A stretch of 60,955 bases of DNA from a virus. Its lineage: Duplodnaviria > Caudoviricetes. The notes below the pieces were generated by a model. It was not told where the DNA came from, did not search any database, and saw only the letters and a program-made list of their open reading frames with translations. Below are positions 30,801-38,713 of the stretch, one piece after another. Each line of letters begins with the position of its first letter. The first letter of the stretch is position 1. The DNA lies in IMG/VR virus record IMGVR_UViG_3300037634_004666, positions 1 to 60,955 of that record; one strand, 5' to 3'. A program made the position numbers and the translations under genes.

Positions 30801-31068
30801 CAAATTCTTCAGCTAAATTCTCAGTTTGCATTCCCCATACATTAATTCCACCTTCTTTTGTCTGAGAGACTATATCTATTAATGTTGGAACTATAAATGT
30901 CTCCATTCCTCCCCAAATAAGATTTCCAGCAAAATCAGTAATTGCATAGTTATCAGGATGAAAACCTTCAGTAGCCTTTATACTGCTAGTAGTAGGGGTA
31001 GTAGTAGTTGGTTCGGATAAACTACGTAATTCTTTTAATATATCAGCTTGATTTAATCGTTTTGCCAT
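21832..31068 (-). CDS. Giant virion protein carrying a two-barrel RNA polymerase (crAss-type vRNAP-like)
   Basis: 3078 aa; QDADFDLDK at 24240-24220, preceded by VRTP; lies in the ejected-protein block. Confidence 0.7.
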   Translation of the reverse strand: MAKRLNQADILKELRSLSEPTTTTPTTSSIKATEGFHPDNYAITDFAGNLIWGGMETFIVPTLIDIVSQTKEGGINVWGMQTENLAEEFGSQEWKDESWAGRAGYLVGTTLGVFTGFGAAGKIAGLVGKPLLRTAAKGLVKWQGSKLKKQAIEEVTELLGKSTLKQISKREIDDVVGFGHKIITKASDTAIKAVKNEAGPGGVWGNARHWWGRSGKINTIMMNPASHEAIGVATTKAITEKLIKITGRADLPKDLVKNIVTTISKYGPKNIDKELALQYAHTALGKAFKGEAIGQYLVAAVHEGLTLAAFDVLTGEAGDLFANYNNMDEKRWERKSISDRAMHGMTMGGLFAAVRGLPGGKDVAFGKSGMVADLKSIGLAAKVRFRNLNKLSWDKKLAATRTMFYALRDDAGKIFKTSITQEMLDEGKKTKQLVQGVDEILKIVKNDISGSFVKRMIGEIAKDGKDSFFRATVGSLLMNWAGYLQRYDDGEIGTEDYPWSQASVDHFVGMLYMKRRRVGFKTGVDEPAYRRQINFFDEKGLKTGESGETLKLLNAMKEMGASGKYLEALAQLNPSLSEVIKDSVIRQSLEMDEGLVHINDVFDQNKTTLQSNAKRLERNIEIVDSGGIQDLYMPWASKIAEKVRALKAEGKHDEASVLDSKLMIAQEIESILNPVIRKRNTVLSLMNESEAVNFLESITSKEVGGKTLRVNNVATIVKKTLRNGSIRVAEQLKDQHMRYIQDSMKALGLNVEIGADGKLALPRNYEEVISEISGVDGDFYLEREVLTGAINKGMNSGLIKVAESKGGYEGHTITADHASNFKKAYDIHTESMHAYALGEKGASNARWREESYTGVKPGEYLDSNILNSASIWNGIQTNFDHKRHSRAFELFAGEGESQDIDTIKGKLRNFMGGAVEIEVEADGKSTLSPEGAIFAKSISDIVSGFNTFKATKGKVKVSVPKIESLREEFNREFGDLLENTARVSELKNSMNVEFIDRLTSDTNISVPIKRALSNIMDGNSKIGTKLKDRIIIIKAERLRELLSDGSLDGSDVKTISQVIDQYENLFQKPIIKALRGGGRIEFAGDRIGINSDRFSLNEVKQEIIEITNMLDANIAENFNAVVGDISQGKLGLDNARTSLDIYQDITKGELSAADSKLRESFNSLFDDYSTFVNRFKYYQETNDAAGLRILAGQHEKIAEVRNEIRENLSIKSSASIEKIREKINDIMSKVKEDYSKHIFLGSEDELNSFIEDISNQTAFSMDRTARPHANTVSISDAKYKSRWGLNDAFVSILKGQSLELIKDSMPDAFKGLTNEALGKLKKAVGNIKVNDMLDQLVQSESGKVEGFTLESFMNSVVSPMMESQRVLIESNPATGDYKLFVRDTFALLSRGLNSKKIPTMEFRDGTFHIKESSISRWDKSINSMITDFGLENEPHAISLLSGTGVVDGKARSFFTLEMINDIITKSGQGIDVELTTHKLLSPTEQSLMDKYKALILSDQSTRSVFSHVQLDEKTGIMVHSSAFDKIIGAWERSSNEPGSLRADLTAVISASMPAKDGSGARTINKAEAIDMVNDYLNGLKSTHENSEVNHVQELVLLTRVLRSGAHKTRELIMDRGAGDTPATLKLLKYLKLDAPRTGMPLSDKLYDFTQAFFDAQKDNLPEVSSKALGIALQHRKDRPTQRILDIYDESGNGEIFFDSHTRAKALYREMLLAERDGYRNNDGSVNESRINEAADQMTEKLESVKASVTNGAKFISLKEMISTLVGQGASEDMFITNKAGNIIGFNNAVKPIAFQTKINSQTGEVSVYIAKTAYTYNPVFDKVMERLGVDAISFESSSKLNQNKTGFGEEYKRPSWDVSENMVDLAKNNANEAWDHSLIEHITKLSDADIKSIPIVELDRNNIFIKSTASEHNATVTTGMYNWLSDGAVNSISTQMGTQGNVSTMNSHINNLKNNPLYSIKLADHLRNIGAQDGNSMTELIGLDWAVTSGGIPLFSNMLAQLDKIVVSEYLGNRNFTTAQTGFGRYPVMVPGSDLSIPQIERASKLRFGGSGMNFQAGTTSIDGQLGGGDNGHHMIFRVGKALSDKTNLKRGIELLVLTNGTIKGINDPRMYKETGMPLQGNIDKAKKIILEDFRTIQKNLSKRNIGSFNDAIIELAFGESIPALNTPGAMRLIMNNRLAGASSPKGSNDVLLTKRGSLEFLKGVKGEDFTREREYDHTLLGENGNHYQGVYFSEVNVRTPMAGVNDRVITKIEKIMGETKGPVSEMNFMDVLEPQDADFDLDKSANFTNLSSRAMEDIYDLQGFESPASESFAEEMLKEFVFSSDGIKDYAAALAVIERKRAPLIRNMNTMSLLYQMTGKSSKGKYWPREARDMDIQMEMSAEKGGRSAEVGVGYNTTNLMSFKSGNDLYNIRLAAGSDLISTTQYMKRMIKSTIDIYKTQQNLNGIDLEGLVWFGSNDGNVLPILQLLRKDKVVGWSSDQAARDARMHITNNIIKPLNSLFNLANRTETLSDGSSIPMTRHDLVKAYNKIKYKIKNSGGRWDFEKKEWVENAYAGLSENILNWIGNKVYSGTEYGESNHPLIQGLKSMEAAEKSLIGYNSTPASSGVLAYVYDKATKSGDGYAYTQAINEIKSSENLHMTVSRIKYDLEKVGDRMVEFENFKKKETSQYKKLEALQARLNKLYIEASNYFHTKMLYDQEKPTSQDIVRFAGTRTAYNGPVHVIKFDKTTKKPSNTIKYKEGKKYEVKEGDIVIENPTEYVAMNSGEQKIFRGQSRAFAGRLKSLSAQEAQYIYGRYINFIQASKDTRKKFTTSSEFQSKDSKASMYEAMTYDVLNEVTGLLKNRGSDSALQFLRYMLAPNVEKNTWGIWSINNTDMIKSVAFKKNGNEITAIGFLDKARNGTFPEISRALGEEWSKHVLTESKKGWAIEFNERARKEFKAGNFVNFESFEEARSPILGKNRIAPGRNKPEFLTADGLNEHAREIMTGYLTGENILNPIEVYRLTTVMNNKPLSESNQAHIIHNRLWRGSEKKSVGVNGIFESTGVTFSEAGRLGSENLKNKTAAESIKEQLFNCHY

Positions 31069-33254
31069 TAGGATAACCCTTTCGTATCGCTACCAATCTT
31101 TTTTAAATAATATATTTTTTGAGGTATAGACATATTTTGAAACTCTTCAGGAGCATATTTTGACCAGTTATGCAAAGCTGCGTCTAGAGATTCTAATTTG
31201 TCTGGAGATGCCGCTTTAGAAAATAAATCATATTGGATTTCTATTTCTTCAAGAGAATTTAATTGTAAAAATTTCTTTAATTCGACATCTTTTATAACTA
31301 TATGAGGGGTTAAATACCATATCTCTCGTTTTATTTTTTTATGATCTATATTGTAATTCAAATTATCTTTTTCAGCTAGTGGGTCTTTTAATAAATTTTC
31401 TAATTCAAAATATCTATCCACTATATCTGATCTATTTTTATAATCAGATATATGTTTACCTCCTTTTATAAAATGTTGTGTTGCAGCAAGTTTCCTAACT
31501 CTCGCATTTTCTTTTTTTGTTTTTTCTATAAAGTTCTTAACACCGCCAGTAACAGAATTAAAAACTGAAGTTATGCCACCATAAATATCTTCATCTGTCA
31601 CATTAAACTTTTCATCAAGTTTATTTAAAGCTTCTATTACAGTATTTTTAGTAGAGGTAGAAGTATCTGCAATTGAATTATTATTAATATTGTCAAGGTC
31701 AATTGTTATTTGATTTGTATGGCTAATTGGTCTTGCGTCGTTTACTTGTGGATTTGCGGCGTAGAGAGCTTCAAGTCCAAATAAATCTCCTGAAGATTGA
31801 GAATCATGCAATATCTTTGTATTATCTTGAATATTACCCCACCATGATTCACTCCAGCCTTCATTATCTACATTTATATTATTATCTATTTTAAGCGGGT
31901 CCGAAGAAAGTGGTTTCACCGGAGGTGGTTGGTAGTAGTTAAATTTAGGGTCGAAATCTGTTAACAATGTCGATGTATAATCTAAGTCGCCTATATCATC
32001 TAATTGAATATGAAGCAACTCAGCCGTATAATTATCATACTTATTAATAGCCTCTTTTATTTTATTAAACCCATTTAGACCCATAAAACCTAATTGATTG
32101 TAAATATCTTCATTAAGTTGCCCAGCTTCATCTTTCGGGGTGTAAGCAGACATTATAGATATTAATGATTCGGTAGCTTGGATTATACCTCCAAAGTTTA
32201 CCCCCACCTTATTATCTTTTGAACTTTCCCATATACTAAACCCATCTACAAGTTGTACAGATGCGTTTAATAATTGCTCATAAATTATCTCTCTCTGATT
32301 AACCGCATTTTTCTCTGTACTTGTATTAGTTAATATATCCTTAATTTTATCTGGTAAGAATTGAGCTAATATGCCAATCTTAGTGTTAGTTAATAATGCC
32401 TTTGCATTTAAATCCTCTTCACTGCCTTCTACCCATTTCTCTTTCTCTGTTGTTGCATGATATGCAAGAGCTGCATTTTTTATAGGATTTATCACAGGAT
32501 ATAACGTGTTAGCTACTTTTGCAGTTATGTCTAATAATGTAGTACCTAAGTTCGCTATATCTTTTTCTAATAAAGCTTCGTTTCCATAACCATTTTCATA
32601 ATCTATCATAGACTTATTAGCTGTATTGACAGCTTTATCAGTTACAATCATCGCAGATATAGCATCAAAGGCGGCTTCAGTAGGTTTGAATACTGTATTC
32701 TCATACTCCCCCATCTGTAAACTTTCAAATTCATTTGTCAATGCTATTCTTAAATCATCTTTAGAAACAGTTCTTGGATCTCCATCAAAAGATGCAGTAT
32801 TTGTATTAAGCACAGCTGTGCCCATAGCTCTATAGGTATTTGCACTCTTTATAGCATGAGTGTACTTCTTTGATTGTGTTTTAAGCTGGTCCTCTAATAT
32901 CTCAACTTCCGAACCTAATTGCTCTAATATAGGTGTATTTATATCTCCTAATATAGTTCCAGCATTTCCAGATGCATAAGTTCCAGCTTTATCTAATTCT
33001 TCTAATGCATATCTAGAATAATCATCGCCAAATTGTAATTGTTCTATACTACTCTGTTTTTTATCTAATTGAGTTCTCAATCTATTCATTTTATCAAATT
33101 GAAGTTGAATAAGAGTATTTTGCTCTTGAGTGCTTTTTTCAATTTGCATTTTAAATATATCTTTAGCAAATTTTCTATCCCTATCCCTATCTATCTCTTG
33201 AGATAAGAGTATATCATTTAACCCTTGTAGTAAGTCTGATCCCCTTGTAGCCAT
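31068..33254 (-). CDS. Putative internal virion/ejected protein
   Basis: Likely start ATG 33254 (MATRGSD); N-terminal coiled coil. Confidence 0.6.
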   Translation of the reverse strand: MATRGSDLLQGLNDILLSQEIDRDRDRKFAKDIFKMQIEKSTQEQNTLIQLQFDKMNRLRTQLDKKQSSIEQLQFGDDYSRYALEELDKAGTYASGNAGTILGDINTPILEQLGSEVEILEDQLKTQSKKYTHAIKSANTYRAMGTAVLNTNTASFDGDPRTVSKDDLRIALTNEFESLQMGEYENTVFKPTEAAFDAISAMIVTDKAVNTANKSMIDYENGYGNEALLEKDIANLGTTLLDITAKVANTLYPVINPIKNAALAYHATTEKEKWVEGSEEDLNAKALLTNTKIGILAQFLPDKIKDILTNTSTEKNAVNQREIIYEQLLNASVQLVDGFSIWESSKDNKVGVNFGGIIQATESLISIMSAYTPKDEAGQLNEDIYNQLGFMGLNGFNKIKEAINKYDNYTAELLHIQLDDIGDLDYTSTLLTDFDPKFNYYQPPPVKPLSSDPLKIDNNINVDNEGWSESWWGNIQDNTKILHDSQSSGDLFGLEALYAANPQVNDARPISHTNQITIDLDNINNNSIADTSTSTKNTVIEALNKLDEKFNVTDEDIYGGITSVFNSVTGGVKNFIEKTKKENARVRKLAATQHFIKGGKHISDYKNRSDIVDRYFELENLLKDPLAEKDNLNYNIDHKKIKREIWYLTPHIVIKDVELKKFLQLNSLEEIEIQYDLFSKAASPDKLESLDAALHNWSKYAPEEFQNMSIPQKIYYLKKIGSDTKGLS

Positions 33255-33255
33255 G

Positions 33256-35076
33256 TTAACCCCATTTTTCCATTGTTCCACCAATATTACTTCCAAACAT
33301 CTGCTCTACCATAGAGTCTTGTCCTCGTAAAGTTTTTAATTCATCCTCTACTGAAGCTATTTCGTATCCTATTGATTCTATCTCATCCCTTCCAGACTTA
33401 CCAAGTGTCTCTATCTCACTCGTTACAGCTACATTGGTTTTTTTATTCTGTTCCTTAACATTAGTTGCAATTATTTCAGAAGCATCTGCCAGCACAGTAT
33501 TTGTAGCCCCAACCTCTAATCCTTTTGTACTTCTATTAACTTTATTAATAGCACTCTCAGCATTTTCAAAAGCCATAGATGAAGCCTCTGTGGTGGTATT
33601 TAAGGCAGTAGTAGCATTATCTAATGCATTTTGAGCATCAGCTCCAACTCCTTCTATAGCTTGTTGTTGAGAATTAGCTAATACATCTATACCATCTTCT
33701 AATTTGCCTATCTGTTTTTTAACACCTTTTGCTTTTTGAGCTGATCCATACATCCAATCAGCAGCCATTAATCCAACCCCTAATAGGGGATTTACAGCAA
33801 AAGCAGCAGTTGTAGCTAGATCCATAAAACCTCCTCCAGAACCTTGACCTCCTTTAAGTGAGTCACCTCCTGCATCCCAATTAAAATCAGTCCATGAACC
33901 TGGGGTAGTTTGTTGAGATTTTTTACCGTCCTTATCTTTTTTAGGTAGCCCAGCTATCTTATCTACTATTTCTTGTCCTCTAGGGTGATTATCATATAAA
34001 TCTTTTTCAATAGCATTTACCTTTACTAATGTCCCATCTTTTCTTCTAGTAATTTCCGTATCTACTAATTTACCATTTTTATCTCTTGGCAATTTATGTA
34101 TTAAAGATAAAGTTGAGAACTTTGCCATTTTTTTTGCATCAGATAAACTTACAGATTGAGTATCATACACTTTCCCATCATACTTATATGTTAAGTCTTC
34201 ACCAAATAATCCTTTTAAATTATTGCTTTTCATCCATCTTCGCATATCCTCTTTGCTTTTAAAAACCCCTTCATCAATTTTTTCACTTAAATCTTGCCAT
34301 TGATCTTCATTAAGCATATCAAAGGTTGCATTAGTACCTCCAAAATATTGATCTACTATATATTCCTTACCTATCGTAGCATTAGTATTATCATTATTAT
34401 CTACAACAGTAGCAGGAGATACAGTCTTTGTAATGGTTTTTTTGTTGCCTTTAGTTCTTGCATAGTAACGCTGCCTTGTAGCTTGAAAATCAATTTGGTT
34501 ATCCTTGCCAATTGCCCAGTCACTATCTTCTATTCCAGGGAGATTGTCTATTCTCGATTGATGTTTATCTTTATAAGCTCTAATTAAGTCCGATTTGTGA
34601 AGTTTATTTAATGCTGTCCCAACATCACTTTGATTATCTTCAGTATATAATTGAGGGTATTTTAACTGTTTAGGATTTGCTTTTATTTTATCAAATATTA
34701 CCTTAGGGTCAGTTCCTCCTAATATAAAAAGTCTAGCTGCATCCATTTCTTCATATGATAAAGAAAAGCCCTCAGTATCCCCTTCTTTATTTTTCCTAGT
34801 CCCTGTAATTACAGGTTTTAAATCTTTTTTAAATGGTGAAAAATAATCCTCTCCTTCTTCTAATCCGAAATTATAGCCTTCAATATTTTTTGCAAAATCT
34901 AATATTTTAGCTTTCTCTTCTTTTTTACGATCGCTAGTTGTTTTTAGAGCTGCTAAATTTTGAATCATTAATAGGTTTTCAGACATAGTATCTATATCAA
35001 ATTTTGTTCTTTTCTTTATTTCACTATTATCTCTATAGTAGTTTGATTGAGATTCCCAATTGCTATATTTACCCAT
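33256..35076 (-). CDS. Putative ejection/pilot protein
   Basis: Gly-rich hydrophobic segment GGGFMDLATTAAFAVNPLLGVGLM followed by coiled coil. Confidence 0.6.
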   Translation of the reverse strand: MGKYSNWESQSNYYRDNSEIKKRTKFDIDTMSENLLMIQNLAALKTTSDRKKEEKAKILDFAKNIEGYNFGLEEGEDYFSPFKKDLKPVITGTRKNKEGDTEGFSLSYEEMDAARLFILGGTDPKVIFDKIKANPKQLKYPQLYTEDNQSDVGTALNKLHKSDLIRAYKDKHQSRIDNLPGIEDSDWAIGKDNQIDFQATRQRYYARTKGNKKTITKTVSPATVVDNNDNTNATIGKEYIVDQYFGGTNATFDMLNEDQWQDLSEKIDEGVFKSKEDMRRWMKSNNLKGLFGEDLTYKYDGKVYDTQSVSLSDAKKMAKFSTLSLIHKLPRDKNGKLVDTEITRRKDGTLVKVNAIEKDLYDNHPRGQEIVDKIAGLPKKDKDGKKSQQTTPGSWTDFNWDAGGDSLKGGQGSGGGFMDLATTAAFAVNPLLGVGLMAADWMYGSAQKAKGVKKQIGKLEDGIDVLANSQQQAIEGVGADAQNALDNATTALNTTTEASSMAFENAESAINKVNRSTKGLEVGATNTVLADASEIIATNVKEQNKKTNVAVTSEIETLGKSGRDEIESIGYEIASVEDELKTLRGQDSMVEQMFGSNIGGTMEKWG

Positions 35077-35078
35077 AA

Positions 35079-35264
35079 CTACTCCTTATCTTCACTTAAA
35101 GGGGTGTAATACTTCTGCCCATCTACTTGTGTAGTTTTATATAATTTAGTTCCTTCTTTGATTATAACTTCTGGCCCTCCACCTCTAGGGTTATCATCAA
35201 CTACAGATACTACTGTTTTTAATTGACCTGTATGCAAAGCAGCTCTTTCAGATTTTGTTCTCAT
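35079..35264 (-). CDS. Small hypothetical virion-associated protein
   Basis: TAATG coupling. Confidence 0.65.
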   Translation of the reverse strand: MRTKSERAALHTGQLKTVVSVVDDNPRGGGPEVIIKEGTKLYKTTQVDGQKYYTPLSEDKE

Positions 35265-38140
35265 TATTTTACCGTCTTTTCTCTGTAAATTAAAGTTATA
35301 TCTTCTATTATCATATCAGCTCCAGGGCCGTCTGTTCCTGTATAAGAGCTACTTTCTCCTGTATTATAATGGTCGTATATCCTTAAAGCAATAGCAGTTC
35401 CCTGTTTCCCTACCGTGGCATCATTTATAATTAAATCCACAGTCCCATTAACGATACTGGCCCCTGCAATTTGCCCAGAAGCAGAACTTTCTTCTCGTCC
35501 ATAATTTGCTTGAGCAGAATTTGTGTTTAAATTTTCACCTATAATCCTATAATCCCATTTTAAATATCTAGCGTTAATAACTCGTACTTTAAACTTATAA
35601 AATCTTTTTCTTCTTCCAGGACTACCGCAGTCTATAAAGCCTGTGTATAATCTAAAATCTATATTTGGAGTACTGCTTGAATTTATTCCATCTGTAATAT
35701 CCCCCCATGTTCCTCCTGTAGCTGTTTCTCCTAATACTAATAATTCATTATCAAAAGGGGCATCATTAGCATTATTTGCAAAAGAAAAATAATATGTAAA
35801 TGAACTATCATCTGCAGTTACTGAATTAGTGTTTGGTCTAGAGAGGCCTTGAGGTAATGCAAATTTATTACACCAACTATTAGATCTAAAGCTATACATA
35901 TATCCATAAGAATCACCTCTCCATATTATTAATAGTTTCTTAGGGTGAAAATAAGAAATAGCGTAAGAATCTCCCCACGAATAGTTACTCATTTTTTCAT
36001 CTGTAAGAGTAGTCATCTTTTGACCATCGAAGTAATGCACGCCATTTCCATTGACAAAAGCTAGCCCTTCAGCTATTTTTATTACTTTTCTAGCGTCTCT
36101 TACTCCATAACCGTCCATCGTGGCCTCTAAAAATTCAATATCTTGAGCAACATTAATTATAACTAATCTTGTTTTTGTAAAGACAAACAATCTGTCTCCA
36201 CTAGTTTCCATAACTTTTATTTCTGTACCACCTAATTCAATATCGATAAAACTTTTATCTGAGAACCCCGCAGGTTTATTTATAGGAGCTTTTAATATTT
36301 TAGAAGTATCAAAAGCGCTAGCATTGGTAGGTTGTTTTATATTACCTATATATACTTGCCTGCCCACTACAGCTGAAGCTTTCCATAAAGCATTTAATTC
36401 TGAAGTATCAGATGGGTACCCAGCTTCAATATCATAAGTAGAGGTTAAAGGAGGAACGTCAAATGTTCCAGATGCATAATCTTCATTATCCCCGAAGTCT
36501 GCTAAAACATCTACCGACAGATCATTAGCAAAGGTTATAAAAAGAGGATCAGAGGCATAACTTGAGCTTGGTTTATATTTAGCTAATAACATTTTACTGC
36601 CTATCTCAACCCCATCATCATCAATCTCTTGGTAATAAAAATTACCAAACATATACTTTACATCTTGAGCTGCATCCCCTTTCCAAACCTGAAGTATCAT
36701 TTTTTCAGAGCAACATTCAATTGTAGCGTCTTCAGTTACACCTGTAAAATCATTCTGTACATACTCTCTTGTCAATCCTTCTACCTTATTGTAAGTAAAA
36801 CTTTGGCTTATCTTTAATTTTTTACCATTCCAACCAATCCCTACTCTTGCTTTTATAAAGGCAAATTCTTTACAACTCCACACTTTTCTATTATCACCAT
36901 CACTATGGCCATCTCCAACAGGGATATTAGCTGAATGAGTAGCACCCATCCCTATACGCCTTATATCCCCAGAGTTATAAGAGGACCCAACATGAAAATC
37001 TGAACCTTCAGGGATAATAATTCTTTGATAATCATCAACGCAGCCAGCTTTTACTAGGTCAGCAGTTGAAATAAACCATATTTTTGAATAAGCATCTAAA
37101 GTTGTCTCTGGTGGAAGCCAAAGTTCTTGATCTTCGCCTTGAGCATCAGCCCATATATATATACCATTTAAATTTATAGTCGTATGAAGCTTTATCTCAA
37201 TAGCTATATCCTTCCCATCAATATTAGGAAAGCTGTGTCCAAAATAACCATCAACATAAGTGGATGAGGAAAGTTTTGTCTGCCCTCCCCTAAAAACTAT
37301 ATGATTCTGATCATCAGATTCAGTACTAGTCTCACTTCCAACAGTACGATAACCCACTATACGATCAGCTGTATCTACGCTTACAGAATTTACGGCACTA
37401 TCTAATGCTATTCCAACCCCAGCATTATTTGCTACCTTTATTAATTGAGCAGCACCTGATGACCCATTAACAATTGTATCTGTTATACCAGTTAGATGTG
37501 TTACAAAATAATTATCACCAGAGTTATATACACCATCATCATCACCATCTCCAGCTAACGCCACAATATTTCTCCAATCATCTCTCGTTGGATCTGAAAT
37601 ATTAGTGTTATTTAAGTCTAGTGGCCCATCGTTCCCAGGCTCCCAACACATTTTCCCTCTTCCAAATCCACCTTTAGCTGACTCTCCTAAAAATAAAACA
37701 AGGTCATCCTCCCTTATAGGCTTTAAAGTTATAGTCCTTCCTGCTTCATCATCATCTGGGAGCCAATTAGGGGTTACATTTAATCTTCCCTCTGTGGGAG
37801 TCACGGCTTGATAATCAGTGTTTCCACTCCAATTAACGTCATTCCCAATTGAATACACACCGTCATTCCTATAAGCAATATCATTATTAATGACTAAATC
37901 TACACTTGTAGTACTGTTAGATGCATCTTCCGCTAAGGTAGACGCTATTGGGGAAATAAAAGCGGTAGTTGCCTTGCCTTTATCATCAATATAGCAGTTA
38001 AGTAAACCGTCATTTGTATCTCCGTCTATATTCCCAGGGATTTCATCTTTCCCTTGACCTTCAGATATAATATCATAAGTGGAAGCATCTTTATTTAGAC
38101 CACCAGCAAAACCATTTAATGTTATTGACTTACGAGGCAT
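35264..38140 (-). CDS. Tail nozzle / stabilisation protein (tubular protein B, P22 gp10-like)
   Basis: N-terminal FAGGLN, beta-propeller-like repeats, C-terminal DCGSPGRRKRFYK...ITLIYR. Confidence 0.65.
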   Translation of the reverse strand: MPRKSITLNGFAGGLNKDASTYDIISEGQGKDEIPGNIDGDTNDGLLNCYIDDKGKATTAFISPIASTLAEDASNSTTSVDLVINNDIAYRNDGVYSIGNDVNWSGNTDYQAVTPTEGRLNVTPNWLPDDDEAGRTITLKPIREDDLVLFLGESAKGGFGRGKMCWEPGNDGPLDLNNTNISDPTRDDWRNIVALAGDGDDDGVYNSGDNYFVTHLTGITDTIVNGSSGAAQLIKVANNAGVGIALDSAVNSVSVDTADRIVGYRTVGSETSTESDDQNHIVFRGGQTKLSSSTYVDGYFGHSFPNIDGKDIAIEIKLHTTINLNGIYIWADAQGEDQELWLPPETTLDAYSKIWFISTADLVKAGCVDDYQRIIIPEGSDFHVGSSYNSGDIRRIGMGATHSANIPVGDGHSDGDNRKVWSCKEFAFIKARVGIGWNGKKLKISQSFTYNKVEGLTREYVQNDFTGVTEDATIECCSEKMILQVWKGDAAQDVKYMFGNFYYQEIDDDGVEIGSKMLLAKYKPSSSYASDPLFITFANDLSVDVLADFGDNEDYASGTFDVPPLTSTYDIEAGYPSDTSELNALWKASAVVGRQVYIGNIKQPTNASAFDTSKILKAPINKPAGFSDKSFIDIELGGTEIKVMETSGDRLFVFTKTRLVIINVAQDIEFLEATMDGYGVRDARKVIKIAEGLAFVNGNGVHYFDGQKMTTLTDEKMSNYSWGDSYAISYFHPKKLLIIWRGDSYGYMYSFRSNSWCNKFALPQGLSRPNTNSVTADDSSFTYYFSFANNANDAPFDNELLVLGETATGGTWGDITDGINSSSTPNIDFRLYTGFIDCGSPGRRKRFYKFKVRVINARYLKWDYRIIGENLNTNSAQANYGREESSASGQIAGASIVNGTVDLIINDATVGKQGTAIALRIYDHYNTGESSSYTGTDGPGADMIIEDITLIYREKTVK

Positions 38141-38409
38141 TACTTTTTCTTTTTAGCGTCTTTTAATGCATCACCAAGTTTACTTAACTTAGAACTAAAT
38201 GCTATTCCTGTCCAACCTGCACATAGTAACATTAAAGTATCAAATAATTCAGCATCAATATATCCTATTTGGAATAAAAGTGCAGATACTGCAAATCCAG
38301 CAAATCCAATGTTACGTTTTTTACTATTTTCACCTATAAAAAGATTCGTTACATTTTCTACAGCTTTATTTTTTCCTGCTAATTTCTGTATTAATCCTAA
38401 TAATTTCAT
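38140..38409 (-). CDS. Holin-like membrane protein
   Basis: 2 TM segments, basic C-terminus, lysis cluster. Confidence 0.55.
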   Translation of the reverse strand: MKLLGLIQKLAGKNKAVENVTNLFIGENSKKRNIGFAGFAVSALLFQIGYIDAELFDTLMLLCAGWTGIAFSSKLSKLGDALKDAKKKK

Positions 38410-38419
38410 ATTATTTCCT

Positions 38420-38701
38420 TTATTTATTTAAAAATTTAACTAACATAGACAAATTGCCTTTAATCTCTTCTAATATTAACTGATTCTTTTTAGAATTATT
38501 AATCAGTTCAATAACTATAGAATGGAATACCTTGTGTTCTTCCTCTAATTGTCTTATAGCTTCCATCTCTGCATTATGTCTATCTACAATCTGATTTAAA
38601 AGTTGTTTTTGAATAAACTCTACAGTTTTCCATAATGCAAATGTTAATACAATAACTCCCGTAACAGGAAGCCCATAAGTATCTATTATATTTAAGTCCA
38701 T
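38420..38701 (-). CDS. Holin-like protein (N-terminal TM plus coiled coil)
   Basis: YGLPVTGVIVLTFALW followed by coiled coil. Confidence 0.55.
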   Translation of the reverse strand: MDLNIIDTYGLPVTGVIVLTFALWKTVEFIQKQLLNQIVDRHNAEMEAIRQLEEEHKVFHSIVIELINNSKKNQLILEEIKGNLSMLVKFLNK

Positions 38702-38713
38702 TCACCACCCCCA

